Assembly (NCBI GenBank): GCA_024693225.1
Contig: JAILLI010000068.1
Coordinates: forward strand, 13,929-77,928
DNA length: 64,000 nt
Source: Lachnospiraceae bacterium
GTDB taxonomy: Bacteria > Bacillota > Clostridia > Lachnospirales > Lachnospiraceae
Direction of reading: 5' to 3'
The notes beneath the pieces are model-generated. The model worked only from the letters and a program-made list of their open reading frames with translations, did not search any database and was not told the origin of the DNA. Below are positions 9,843-20,571 of this stretch, one piece after another. Positions within the stretch are counted from its first letter, which is position 1. Every line of letters begins with the position of its first letter. Position numbers and translations under genes: made by a program.

Positions 9843-11159
9843 CTAATGCTTCTTCATTATGCTCTTATAGGCGGGGCGGACGATCTTGGTACCGCTCACC
9901 AGTTCCTCGATCCTGTGGGCACTCCAGCCCGCTACCCTTGCTATGGCAAATATGGGGGTAAAGAGTTCCCTTGGGATGTCCATCATGTCATAGGCAAAAC
10001 CGGAGTAGAAATCCACGTTGGGTGACACGCCCTTATATATCTTCCGCTTGTGGTTGATGACATCCGGAGCCAGGCTTTCCACCTTCTTGTAAAGAGCCAG
10101 GTCATCCATCCTTTTCTTCTCCTTTGACAGTCTTTCGACATACTTCCTGAAGATGACCTCTCTGGGATCCGACATGGAATATACCGCGTGTCCCATACCG
10201 TAGATAAGGCCCTGCCTGTCAAAAGTCTCCCCGTTCAGTATCTTCGTAAGATATGCTCGGATCTCATCATCATCATTTTGATCCTTCACGTTGGACCTGA
10301 TATCCTCCATCATCTCCATGACCTTGAGGTTGGCTCCGCCGTGCCTGGGTCCTTTAAGGGAGCACATGGCAGCCGCTATGGTGGCGTATGTATCCGAGCC
10401 CGATGATGTGACCACCCTTGTGGTAAAGCTCGAATTGTTGCCGCCCCCGTGCTCCATGTGAAGCGACAGGGCAACGTCAAGCGCCTTTGCCTCGGTCTTG
10501 GTGAACTTACTGTCAGGCCGGAGCAGGTTTAATATGTTCTCTGCGGTCGAAAGTTCCGGCATGGGTCTGTGTATATACATGCTGTCCATGTTCTCGTAAT
10601 GGTTGTATGCATGATAGCTGTATACTGCCAGCATGGGGAATACGGCTATGAGCTGCATACACTGGCTGACCACGTTTTCTATGGATGTGTCTGCAGCATT
10701 GGCATCATATGAGGCCAGGGTCAGGATGGACCTTGTCATAGAGTTCATGACATCCCTGGTGGGTGCCTTCATTATGACATCCCTGGTAAAGTTGGTCGGC
10801 AGCTCCCTTACTTCGGCCAGCGTCGTGATGAATTCTTCGGATTCGGCATCATCCGGCAGATCCCCGAAGAGGAGCAGGTAGGCCAGATTCTCATACCCGA
10901 AATCATTCTTTATATATCTCTTTATAAGGTCCTCGATCCGGTACCCCCTGTACCAGAGCTGTCCGTCGCAGGGATTGCCGTCCGGATCCCTTGCTATGAT
11001 GTTGGAAACATTGGTAAGTCCCGCCAGAACACCCCTACCGTTAAGGTCCCTAAGGCCCCGCTTTACATCATACTGCTCATAATATTCGGACGGTATACTG
11101 TCATTTTGTCTTATCAGCTCGGAATATGCCGAGGTATCAATGCTTTCTCTTGTCTTCAA
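9843..11159 (-). CDS. Citrate synthase
   Basis: The protein is 438 aa with citrate synthase blocks (GPRHGGANLKVMEM, GMGHAVY, DFYSGF). The start codon is TTG (plus-strand caa at 11157-11159), with AGGAGG 8 nt upstream. Confidence 0.85.
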   Translation of the reverse strand: MKTRESIDTSAYSELIRQNDSIPSEYYEQYDVKRGLRDLNGRGVLAGLTNVSNIIARDPDGNPCDGQLWYRGYRIEDLIKRYIKNDFGYENLAYLLLFGDLPDDAESEEFITTLAEVRELPTNFTRDVIMKAPTRDVMNSMTRSILTLASYDANAADTSIENVVSQCMQLIAVFPMLAVYSYHAYNHYENMDSMYIHRPMPELSTAENILNLLRPDSKFTKTEAKALDVALSLHMEHGGGNNSSFTTRVVTSSGSDTYATIAAAMCSLKGPRHGGANLKVMEMMEDIRSNVKDQNDDDEIRAYLTKILNGETFDRQGLIYGMGHAVYSMSDPREVIFRKYVERLSKEKKRMDDLALYKKVESLAPDVINHKRKIYKGVSPNVDFYSGFAYDMMDIPRELFTPIFAIARVAGWSAHRIEELVSGTKIVRPAYKSIMKKH

Positions 11160-11160
11160 T

Positions 11161-11189
11161 AAAATAACCTCCTAAGGCAGACTTAGGAG
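11161..11189 (-). terminator. Hairpin plus U-tract after the pilin-like gene; the 3' arm contains the citrate synthase SD
   Basis: The minus-strand RNA reads CUCCUAAG-UCUGC-CUUAGGAG, followed by GUUAUUUUA and then the TTG start. Confidence 0.45.
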
Positions 11190-11240
11190 ATTATTTTATT
11201 ATAATCATAAGGTTTCGGTCAAGTTATGTGCCTTAACTAT

Positions 11241-11921
11241 CTATTTCCTGTACAGGTCATCCGGCTTCGGCCAGAGTCTGTATACGGGATATCCCCCGTA
11301 GGGATCCGGCTGAGCCGCCCAGATTTCCATGGAGCCATTATCCCGTCGCTTACATATACGATAGCGGTCAAGGTCCTGATAAGGAAAGCCTCCCATCCTA
11401 TCGCCTATGGGGCCCTCTTTTTTCTTCGTATATGCCGGTATAATGGAACTGTTCATTTCTGTGGTGGAAAGTCCCAGCTCACGGTTAATAACGCCGTAAA
11501 ACCCGTCACTACCACGCTTATCGCGCACATAAAACGCCCTTGCGCCTCCGTTGAAACAATTTGATGCAGTATTTGTACTCTGTTTACCGCTTGATGCAAC
11601 CAGATCCACGGCATAACGTTCCGTAACCCCGTTTACAGTGGCAGAAACATTAAGATTAAGACCCCCCTCTGTCACACCCCACGCTTTGTATGCCTCATAA
11701 GCCTCCGGGTTTTCCGCAAATGCAACATTAACGGCTCTTGCTATCTGATCGGCCGTATATACATCCTTTGATTTTCTGGCCCTGTCTACATACTTTATGA
11801 ACATGGGGGTTAATACCCCTACCAGGATCGCCATTATGGCGATCACTATGATCAGCTCGATCAGAGACAACCCCCTCTTGTCCTTTGCTGCCTTGTAAAA
11901 CTCCCGCTTCATTGCATCCAC
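11241..11921 (-). CDS. Prepilin-type N-terminal cleavage/methylation domain protein (type IV pilin / pseudopilin-like)
   Basis: KRGLSLIELIIVIAIMAILVGVL matches the class III signal: G, a short spacer, E at +5, then a hydrophobic helix. The gene lies 20 nt downstream of atpC and has SD GAAGGTGG. Confidence 0.75.
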   Translation of the reverse strand: MDAMKREFYKAAKDKRGLSLIELIIVIAIMAILVGVLTPMFIKYVDRARKSKDVYTADQIARAVNVAFAENPEAYEAYKAWGVTEGGLNLNVSATVNGVTERYAVDLVASSGKQSTNTASNCFNGGARAFYVRDKRGSDGFYGVINRELGLSTTEMNSSIIPAYTKKKEGPIGDRMGGFPYQDLDRYRICKRRDNGSMEIWAAQPDPYGGYPVYRLWPKPDDLYRK

Positions 11922-11941
11922 CTTCGTTTCATTGCATATAT

Positions 11942-13749
<1,808 letters not shown>

Positions 13750-14634
13750 CTATTTTTTCTTTTTCTTTTTAAGGGCCCGTGCTCCGGCGGATATCTCGGT
13801 TATCTCCCTTGTTATCCTGCTCTGACGGGCGTGATTGTATTCGAGATTGAGAGCCGTCATCAGCTCATTGGCATTCCTGTCGGCCTCATCCATGGCGTTC
13901 ATCCTGGCGCTCTGTTCACAGCAGTAGCTGTCAACAAGGGCCGAGTAGAGGTACTCCGCGACATAGCTTCGTACAATGTTTTCGAGCACGCTTTCCGCCG
14001 AAGGGAAAAAGTCAAAAGTGACATTGGTCCTGTCCTTTTCATCGGTAAAGTCCATCCTGTGAAAAGGCAGGAGCCTGACTGTCTTGGCCTTCTGTACGAT
14101 GCTGTTCTCCATGTCCGTATATATGAGGAATATCTTGGATATCCTGCCCTCATCATACTCGGAGAGTATATATTCCGCCATTTCCCTTGTCCGCCTCATG
14201 GTAGGGTTGTCGGCCGAATAACGGAATTTCTCGTCATATTCGATAGACCGCGCGTCACAGTATTTGCACCCGTAATCCCCGACCATGAAGTATCTGCTCT
14301 CGTGGTCGGTCATCTGGCTTTCAAACTCCTTTATGACCGCGTGGTTGTAAAAGCCGGCAAGGCCCTTATCCGAGGTGACGACTATGTAAGCATATGCACC
14401 AGGAAGGTCATGGGACCCGTCGGCCGGATACATATAGGGGCTCTTGATCCCGGGCTTGGATCTAAATATCCTCTTTATCTCATTGTTGAGAGCGTCAAAA
14501 TGAGGGCGCGTGCGTTCAAGCTCGGCCCTTGCCCTTCGCATCTTGCTCGAGGAGATCATATACATGGCCTTGGTGATCTTCTCGGTATCCGCGACGGATT
14601 TCATTCTCGATCTTATCTCTCTTATATCAGACAT
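13750..14634 (-). CDS. atpG: F1 ATP synthase gamma subunit
   Basis: The N-terminus is IRSRMKSVADTEKITKAMYMISSSKMRRA and the C-terminus is ITREITEISAGARAL. Confidence 0.9.
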   Translation of the reverse strand: MSDIREIRSRMKSVADTEKITKAMYMISSSKMRRARAELERTRPHFDALNNEIKRIFRSKPGIKSPYMYPADGSHDLPGAYAYIVVTSDKGLAGFYNHAVIKEFESQMTDHESRYFMVGDYGCKYCDARSIEYDEKFRYSADNPTMRRTREMAEYILSEYDEGRISKIFLIYTDMENSIVQKAKTVRLLPFHRMDFTDEKDRTNVTFDFFPSAESVLENIVRSYVAEYLYSALVDSYCCEQSARMNAMDEADRNANELMTALNLEYNHARQSRITREITEISAGARALKKKKKK

Positions 14635-16348
14635 CTATGCTCTTTACCGTTTCGTATATCCTCTTTTTGTCATCATCGGTAATGGTACCTTCATTTTCTA
14701 TCCTAAGGACTATATCGTGGCACCTGTCCATGCACTCTTTTACAAGTTTCCTGATCACCTCGTCCGCAGTTTCGGGCTCTATGGTCTCGAACCTGTCCAT
14801 GGTCGCGATGACCAGCATGAAGACCTGCTCGGTAAGGGTCAGGGGGCTGTTGGACTTCTGCTTTAATATCTTCATGAGTCCTTCACCGTATCTGATCAGC
14901 TTCTTGGTGGCCTGATCCATGTCACCCGAGAACTGGGAAAAGGTCTCCATCTCCCTGTACTGGGCCAGGTCAAGACGCAGGGTCCCGGAAGCTTTTTTCA
15001 TGGCTTTGGTCTGAGCGTCTCCGCCAACACGTGATACGGAAAGGCCCACGTTTATGGCCGGCCTCTGTCCCAGTCTGAAAAGGCCGCTTGACAAAAATAT
15101 CTGTCCGTCCGTTATGGATATCACGTTTGTCGGGATATAGGATGAAACATCCTCTTCCTGGGTCTCTATGATAGGCAGTGCGGTAAGGCTTCCGCCTCCC
15201 TTTTCATCCGACAGGTGGGCCGCCCTTTCAAGGAGCCTGGAATGGAGATAGAAAACATCTCCCGGATAGGCCTCACGTCCTGGTGCCCGCTCCAGCAGAA
15301 GGCTTATGGACCTGTAGGCTATGGCATGCTTTGTAAGGTCATCATATATGATCAGGACATCACGTCCCTTTTCCATAAAGTATTCGCCCAGAGCGCAGCC
15401 CGCAAAGGGGGCTATATACTGCAAAGGCGCCGGTTCGGCGGCAGATGCGTTTACAACGATGGTATAGTCAAGTGCCACGTTCTTGCGGAGCGTATCCACA
15501 AGCCGGGCGACACTGCTGGTCTTCTGTCCTATGGCAACATATATGCAGATGACATCCTTGCCCTTCTGGTTGATTATGGTATCGGTGACTATGGTACTCT
15601 TACCGGTCTGACGGTCACCGATTATGAGCTCTCTCTGGCCCCTTCCTATGGGGAACATACTGTCTATGGCCAGTATACCCGTCTCGAGCGGTACATTGAC
15701 GGCCTGTCTGTCTATAACGGCAGGCGCCTCATTCTCGACCGGCCGGTAGTCATCGGCAATGATCTCGTATCCGCCGTCTATGGGAACACCCAAGGGGTCG
15801 ACCACACGGCCAAGAAAGCCTTCCCCGACAGGTACGCCTGCCACTCTTCCGGTACGTCTTACCGTGCTTCCCTCACGGACCTCTTCCTCGGCATCAAAGA
15901 GAATGCAGGCCACTTCATCCATCCGAAGGTCAAGTGCCATACCCCTTACACCGCCCGAAAAGAGGAGGATCTCCCCGTATGTCGTATCATCAAGGCCCGA
16001 TACTATCGCGATACCGTCTCCCACGCCGGTGACCGTCCCTATCTCGTCGACCATAACGGTAGGGGTCCAGTTCTCAAGCGTCTCCTTGATGAGGGGGATC
16101 ACATCGGTACGTTCATGCTTAAGTGCAAGAAGGGCATCCTGAAGCTGACGCAGTCTGCCCTGCCTGTTCCAGTCATATACATTCTGACCGGCAACAAGCC
16201 TGAAACCGCCCGTGATCGCCGGATTATGCTTCCATCCTATGGAGTAGTGCTCGCCGTATTTTTCTTCCAAAAAAGCCGACAGCCGTTCAAGATCCTTCTG
16301 CGTCGGTTTGTCGCTGCTGTACAGCAGCGCCGTTCTGGTCTCACTCAT
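14627..16348 (-). CDS. atpA: F1 ATP synthase alpha subunit with an N-terminal delta(OSCP) C-terminal-domain-like fusion
   Basis: I place the start at MSETRT (ATG at 16348-16346, overlapping the atpF stop) rather than the ORF-track start at 16405. Residues about 1-75 contain ITGGFRLVAGQNVYDWNRQGRLRQLQDAL, which is delta-like. The canonical alpha sequence follows (GTVTGVGDGIAIVSGL, GDRQTGKS). Confidence 0.85.
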   Translation of the reverse strand: MSETRTALLYSSDKPTQKDLERLSAFLEEKYGEHYSIGWKHNPAITGGFRLVAGQNVYDWNRQGRLRQLQDALLALKHERTDVIPLIKETLENWTPTVMVDEIGTVTGVGDGIAIVSGLDDTTYGEILLFSGGVRGMALDLRMDEVACILFDAEEEVREGSTVRRTGRVAGVPVGEGFLGRVVDPLGVPIDGGYEIIADDYRPVENEAPAVIDRQAVNVPLETGILAIDSMFPIGRGQRELIIGDRQTGKSTIVTDTIINQKGKDVICIYVAIGQKTSSVARLVDTLRKNVALDYTIVVNASAAEPAPLQYIAPFAGCALGEYFMEKGRDVLIIYDDLTKHAIAYRSISLLLERAPGREAYPGDVFYLHSRLLERAAHLSDEKGGGSLTALPIIETQEEDVSSYIPTNVISITDGQIFLSSGLFRLGQRPAINVGLSVSRVGGDAQTKAMKKASGTLRLDLAQYREMETFSQFSGDMDQATKKLIRYGEGLMKILKQKSNSPLTLTEQVFMLVIATMDRFETIEPETADEVIRKLVKECMDRCHDIVLRIENEGTITDDDKKRIYETVKSIDV

Positions 16349-16838
16349 TTGAACCGTCCTTATTTGCCGACACGCCTTCGAAGAATGTGTCGAAATCGTC
16401 CTCAAGGGTATCTTCCTTCATGACTATCTTCTCGGCTGCCCTTGATACATACTCCGTTATCTCATTCTGTGCTCTGGCTATGAGTCTGTCATGCTCCTTC
16501 TGCGCCTTTTCGCGGGCATCGTTCACTATATCCGAAGCCCTCTCATGTGCCTCGGATATTATGATCTCCCTGTCGGCTTCCGCTTTGGCCCCAAGGTTTG
16601 CGCGTTCTATCGCTATATCCTTTTCGGCCCTGGCTATCTTGTCCTCATACTCCGCTTTAAGGGCCTGCGCCTGCTCGAGGGCATCCTTTGTATCCTTTTC
16701 CCTCTTCCTGTACTCTTCTTCACGATTTTCCATGAAATCGTGAACAGGCTTGTACAGAAGGACATAGAGTATGCCAAAAAGGAGTACGAGATTGAACAAA
16801 TGCAGCAGTATTTGCTGCGGATCGATATTAAGTGGCAT
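16341..16838 (-). CDS. atpF: F0 ATP synthase subunit b
   Basis: The protein is 165 aa, with one N-terminal TM segment followed by a long charged helix. Its operon position also fits. Confidence 0.85.
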   Translation of the reverse strand: MPLNIDPQQILLHLFNLVLLFGILYVLLYKPVHDFMENREEEYRKREKDTKDALEQAQALKAEYEDKIARAEKDIAIERANLGAKAEADREIIISEAHERASDIVNDAREKAQKEHDRLIARAQNEITEYVSRAAEKIVMKEDTLEDDFDTFFEGVSANKDGSNE

Positions 16839-16861
16839 TATTATCTCCCTGAAAATCTATC

Positions 16862-17218
16862 CTATAATACAAATATGATCAGTATGGCCACGATAAGGGC
16901 ATAAATGATGGCTGTCTCCACGAACACAAGACCCAGCATCATGGCTGTCCTGATCTTGCCCTCGGCCTCGGGCTGTCTTGCAATGCCCTCGATCGTCTTC
17001 CAAATGACAAGCCCCATCGACACAGCGCCCAGTCCCGCCGCAACGGCGATGGTAAGGGCCGCTGCCATTGACTTGGATTTGATGTTCTGTGCCTCATCAC
17101 TGATGGACACCTGAACTTCCCCGTTTTCGGCAGCATATGTCTGCTTTGGTGCTGCTACCATCCCAAGTACGAGAATAAGCATCAGTGCTGCTGCGCTCCT
17201 GACTAAGATCCTGTTCAT
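16862..17218 (-). CDS. atpE: F0 ATP synthase subunit c with about 50-aa N-terminal extension
   Basis: The C-terminal 68 aa form a typical c-subunit hairpin (GLGAVSMG ... ARQPE ... VFVETAIIYAL). AGGAGG lies 8 nt upstream of the ATG at 17218. The internal ATG at 17068 has no SD. Confidence 0.8.
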   Translation of the reverse strand: MNRILVRSAAALMLILVLGMVAAPKQTYAAENGEVQVSISDEAQNIKSKSMAAALTIAVAAGLGAVSMGLVIWKTIEGIARQPEAEGKIRTAMMLGLVFVETAIIYALIVAILIIFVL

Positions 17219-17283
17219 TTTTGTTCCTCCTGAATTAAATAAAAATTGTAATTACCATACCCGCTCAGTCCTCGCCGGACGGC

Positions 17284-17342
17284 ATCTTGCGACTTCGTCA
17301 CAAGATATTCGGCGCTCCACCTGTCATGATCGAGGATCATGA
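17284..17342 (-). other. Two stable hairpins in the atpB-atpE intergenic region
   Basis: One hairpin is UCAUGAUC-CUC-GAUCAUGA, an 8-bp stem at 17324-17342. The other is AUCUUGUGAC-GAA-GUCGCAAGAU, a 10-bp stem with one G.U pair at 17284-17306. Confidence 0.6.
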
Positions 17343-17345
17343 CAT

Positions 17346-18140
17346 TTACTCCGATACCTCTCCGTAGAAGAGGGCCGTCAGCATGGTCAGCACGTATGCC
17401 TGAATGAGGGCATGAAGCATGGTGAACATGACGGCGACAAATATCGGGATTATAAAGCTTGTTGTTATATAATAGTAAACAAGTTCGGTCACAAGGGCTC
17501 CCGACAGCAGGGCTCCGAACAGTCTGAAGCTCATGGATATGGGAAGGGAGAAGTCCTTTAAGGTATTAAGGGCACCCTTGAAACGGTTGCCTGCTATACC
17601 GCCCGACAGTATCACGCAGTATGAGAAGACGCCCATGGAGATGGCGCCATTTATATCCGCAAGGGGAGCCGGAAGGGCTATGGGATGTCCTGATACCGTG
17701 GGCACCATGACACCCAGAAGCTCAAACATGGTCCCGACAAATATATATGTGCCGGCCGTGAAGACATATGCCGAAAGAAACCTGTGCCTGTGCGGGCTGT
17801 TCGACTTTGCAAGGCCGTCAAAAATACCCACGGCCTGTTCCAGCAGGAGCTGAAACTTTCCGGGGGCGTCGGTAAAATGCGGTATGACAAATATCCGAAC
17901 GATGAGTGAAAAAACAAGTATTATCCCTGTAACGGTAAAAGCCGAGATAAGGGCCGGATTGACCGCAATAAGTCCGAACAGGGATATCTTTCCTTCCTCA
18001 TGAAGCACGGCATCCTTCATGACAAGCCCTATGGACTCTTCGGTATCGCCGCCCCCATTGGTCAGGAAGATCAGTACCAGCAATATGACAAGGATGGCCG
18101 ATACTGTTATGATAAAACGGTTTCTCTTTTTTTTCTCCAT
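17346..18140 (-). CDS. atpB: F0 ATP synthase subunit a
   Basis: This is a 264-aa polytopic membrane protein and the first gene of the operon. It contains SFRLFGALLSG, the region carrying the conserved Arg. Confidence 0.85.
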   Translation of the reverse strand: MEKKKRNRFIITVSAILVILLVLIFLTNGGGDTEESIGLVMKDAVLHEEGKISLFGLIAVNPALISAFTVTGIILVFSLIVRIFVIPHFTDAPGKFQLLLEQAVGIFDGLAKSNSPHRHRFLSAYVFTAGTYIFVGTMFELLGVMVPTVSGHPIALPAPLADINGAISMGVFSYCVILSGGIAGNRFKGALNTLKDFSLPISMSFRLFGALLSGALVTELVYYYITTSFIIPIFVAVMFTMLHALIQAYVLTMLTALFYGEVSE

Positions 18141-18150
18141 TTCATATACC

Positions 18151-19602
18151 CTAGACGCGTATCTGCGCTCTTAAGCCGAGAAGATCTTTGTTTGCATCAA
18201 GAAGAGGTCTTACTTCCTTTTCAAGGTATCCTGCCACCTGCCGGGCGCTTCTGCCTGTGTAATCACCCGGTTTCATGTAGCCCTCAAGTTCTTCGAGCGT
18301 AAGGTCAAAATCATCCGACTTCGCTATAAGCTCAAGCAGATCGTTATCGGCTCCCTCTTCCTTGATATGGCGGCCGGCTTCCATCGAAAGTCTTCTGATG
18401 GCCTCATGAAGCTCCTGGCGGTTCCCTCCGGCACGTGTTGCATCCATCATTATGTTTTCCGTTATCATGAAGGGAAGCTCACTCATGATATGCTTTTCTA
18501 TTACCTTACTGTTAACGACAAGGCCGTCCGTAACATTGATGCACAGATCCAGTATACCATCCGTGGCAAGAAAGCCTTCTGCGACCGACAGCCTCTTGTT
18601 GGCCGAATCGTCCAGCGTCCTCTCGAACCACTGGGTCGCTGAGGTGATGGCGGGATTAAGGGCATCTATCATGACATATCTGGACAGGGATGCTATCCTC
18701 TCCGACCTCATGGGATTGCGCTTGTATGCCATGGCGGATGATCCTATCTGGTTTTTTTCGAAGGGTTCTTCTATCTCTTTGAGATGCTGCAGCAGCCTTA
18801 TGTCATTGGACATCTTGTGGGCACTGGCTGCTATGCCGGCAAGAACGTTTAAGACTCTTGTATCGACTTTTCTGGAATAAGTCTGTCCGCTGACCGGGTA
18901 GCAGGCCTCAAATCCCATCTTGGACGCGATCAGCTCATCGATCCGGTCAAGCTTTTCATCATCATTGTCAAAGAGTTCCTTGAATGAAGCCTGGGTTCCC
19001 GTCGTTCCCTTGCATCCGAGGAGCTTTAAGGATCCCGATACATATTCAAGATCCGACAGATCCATCATGAACTCGTTGATCCACAGGCTTGCCCTCTTCC
19101 CCACAGTCGTGGGCTGGGCGGGCTGGAAGTGGGTGAAGGCAAGTGTCGGCTCATCCTTGTACCTGTCTGCAAAATCGGCAAGGATTGAAATGACGTTAAG
19201 GAGTTTCTTCCTGATAAGGTCAAGACCCTCCTTCATGATTATTATGTCCGTGTTATCCCCCACATAACAGCTTGTCGCACCGAGATGGATGATGCCCGCT
19301 GCCTTGGGGCACTGTTTGCCGTAAGCATACACATGACTCATGACGTCATGTCTTACTTCCTTTTCCCTCTCCTGTGCGACTTCGTAATTGATGTCATATA
19401 TGTGAGCCTTCATCTCCTCTATCATCTCATCGGTGATGACGCTCTTTCCCCCTGAGGACAGCCCCAGTTCCTTTTCCGTTTCGGCAAGTGCTATCCACAG
19501 CTTTCTCCAGGTGGAGAACTTCTTGTCCTGTGAAAAAATGTACTGCATCTCCTTTGATGAGTAACGTTCCGATAAAGGACTGGTATATGTATCTGTGCTC
19601 AT
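18151..19602 (-). CDS. purB: Adenylosuccinate lyase
   Basis: The protein is 483 aa with the fumarate-lyase signature GSSAMAYKRNP. The N-terminus is SPLSERYSSKEM. Confidence 0.9.
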   Translation of the reverse strand: MSTDTYTSPLSERYSSKEMQYIFSQDKKFSTWRKLWIALAETEKELGLSSGGKSVITDEMIEEMKAHIYDINYEVAQEREKEVRHDVMSHVYAYGKQCPKAAGIIHLGATSCYVGDNTDIIIMKEGLDLIRKKLLNVISILADFADRYKDEPTLAFTHFQPAQPTTVGKRASLWINEFMMDLSDLEYVSGSLKLLGCKGTTGTQASFKELFDNDDEKLDRIDELIASKMGFEACYPVSGQTYSRKVDTRVLNVLAGIAASAHKMSNDIRLLQHLKEIEEPFEKNQIGSSAMAYKRNPMRSERIASLSRYVMIDALNPAITSATQWFERTLDDSANKRLSVAEGFLATDGILDLCINVTDGLVVNSKVIEKHIMSELPFMITENIMMDATRAGGNRQELHEAIRRLSMEAGRHIKEEGADNDLLELIAKSDDFDLTLEELEGYMKPGDYTGRSARQVAGYLEKEVRPLLDANKDLLGLRAQIRV

Positions 19603-19636
19603 GCTGTATATCTTCCTCCCGGGGTGTCTTAATGGT

Positions 19637-20506
19637 CTATATCTCTTTTCCTGTCAGCATCTTATATCCCTGAAGATACTTGTCGATGGTGATCTTTGTG
19701 ATATCAGCAGGAAGACACCAGGAATGATCCGGATTGGCCTTGAGCCAGTCTCTTGCGAACTGTTTGTCAAAGGACAGCTGCGACCTTCCGGGCTCGTACT
19801 TCTCTTTGTCCCAGAATCTCGACGAATCCGGTGTGAGCACTTCATCGCCCAATACAACGTTGCCCTCTTCATCCAGCCCGAATTCAAACTTGGTATCGGC
19901 TATTATTATACCACAATTTTTTGCATAGTCGGCACACTTATTATAGATCGCCAGAGAATAATCCCTGATCTTTGCCGCATACTCCTCGCCTTTGCCGGGA
20001 AATCTCTTTTCAAGATATGCTATGCATTCCTCAAAGGAAACATTCTCGTCATGCTCCCCTATCTCCGCCTTTGTTGAAGGAGTGAATATGGCCTCGGGGA
20101 ATTTCTGTGATTCGACAAGACCCTCGGCCACCTTTGTCTTGCAGACCGTACCCGACTTCTGATATTCGGCCCAGGCGGTACCCGTGATATATCCTCTGAC
20201 TATGCACTCTATGGGGAGCATTGTAAGCTTCTTTACCAGCATGCTCCTGTCTTTAAAGTCATCATTCCTGAAGTATTCGGGCATGTCACCGGTATCTGTC
20301 GATATCATATGGTTGGGTACTATATCCTTTGTATAGTCGAACCAGAACTTTGACATCTGGGTCAGGACCTTGCCCTTGCCGGTGATCTCGTTCTTAAGGA
20401 TCACATCGAAGCAGCTGATCCTGTCTGTTGCGACTATGACCAGGTTGTCTCCGACATCGTATATCTCCCTGACTTTTCCCTCTTTTACCGGACTGTATTC
20501 TGTCAT
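19637..20506 (-). CDS. purC: Phosphoribosylaminoimidazole-succinocarboxamide (SAICAR) synthase
   Basis: The blocks GKVREIYD, VATDRISCFD and LADTKFEFG-type IIADTKFEFG are present. Confidence 0.9.
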   Translation of the reverse strand: MTEYSPVKEGKVREIYDVGDNLVIVATDRISCFDVILKNEITGKGKVLTQMSKFWFDYTKDIVPNHMISTDTGDMPEYFRNDDFKDRSMLVKKLTMLPIECIVRGYITGTAWAEYQKSGTVCKTKVAEGLVESQKFPEAIFTPSTKAEIGEHDENVSFEECIAYLEKRFPGKGEEYAAKIRDYSLAIYNKCADYAKNCGIIIADTKFEFGLDEEGNVVLGDEVLTPDSSRFWDKEKYEPGRSQLSFDKQFARDWLKANPDHSWCLPADITKITIDKYLQGYKMLTGKEI

Positions 20507-20571
20507 CTTGCCTGTTTCCTTTCTCTTTATTACCTGCCCCTGCCGACCTGCAGGCCCGGGCTCATGTCATA

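Noticed and set aside
16862-17065. A Na+-binding signature in the c-subunit (an ET motif and a Tyr five residues later in VFVETAIIYAL).
   Set aside because: The position equivalent to the Gln of the Ilyobacter-type Na+ site on helix 1 appears to be Met in my hand alignment. Ion specificity therefore cannot be called from sequence.
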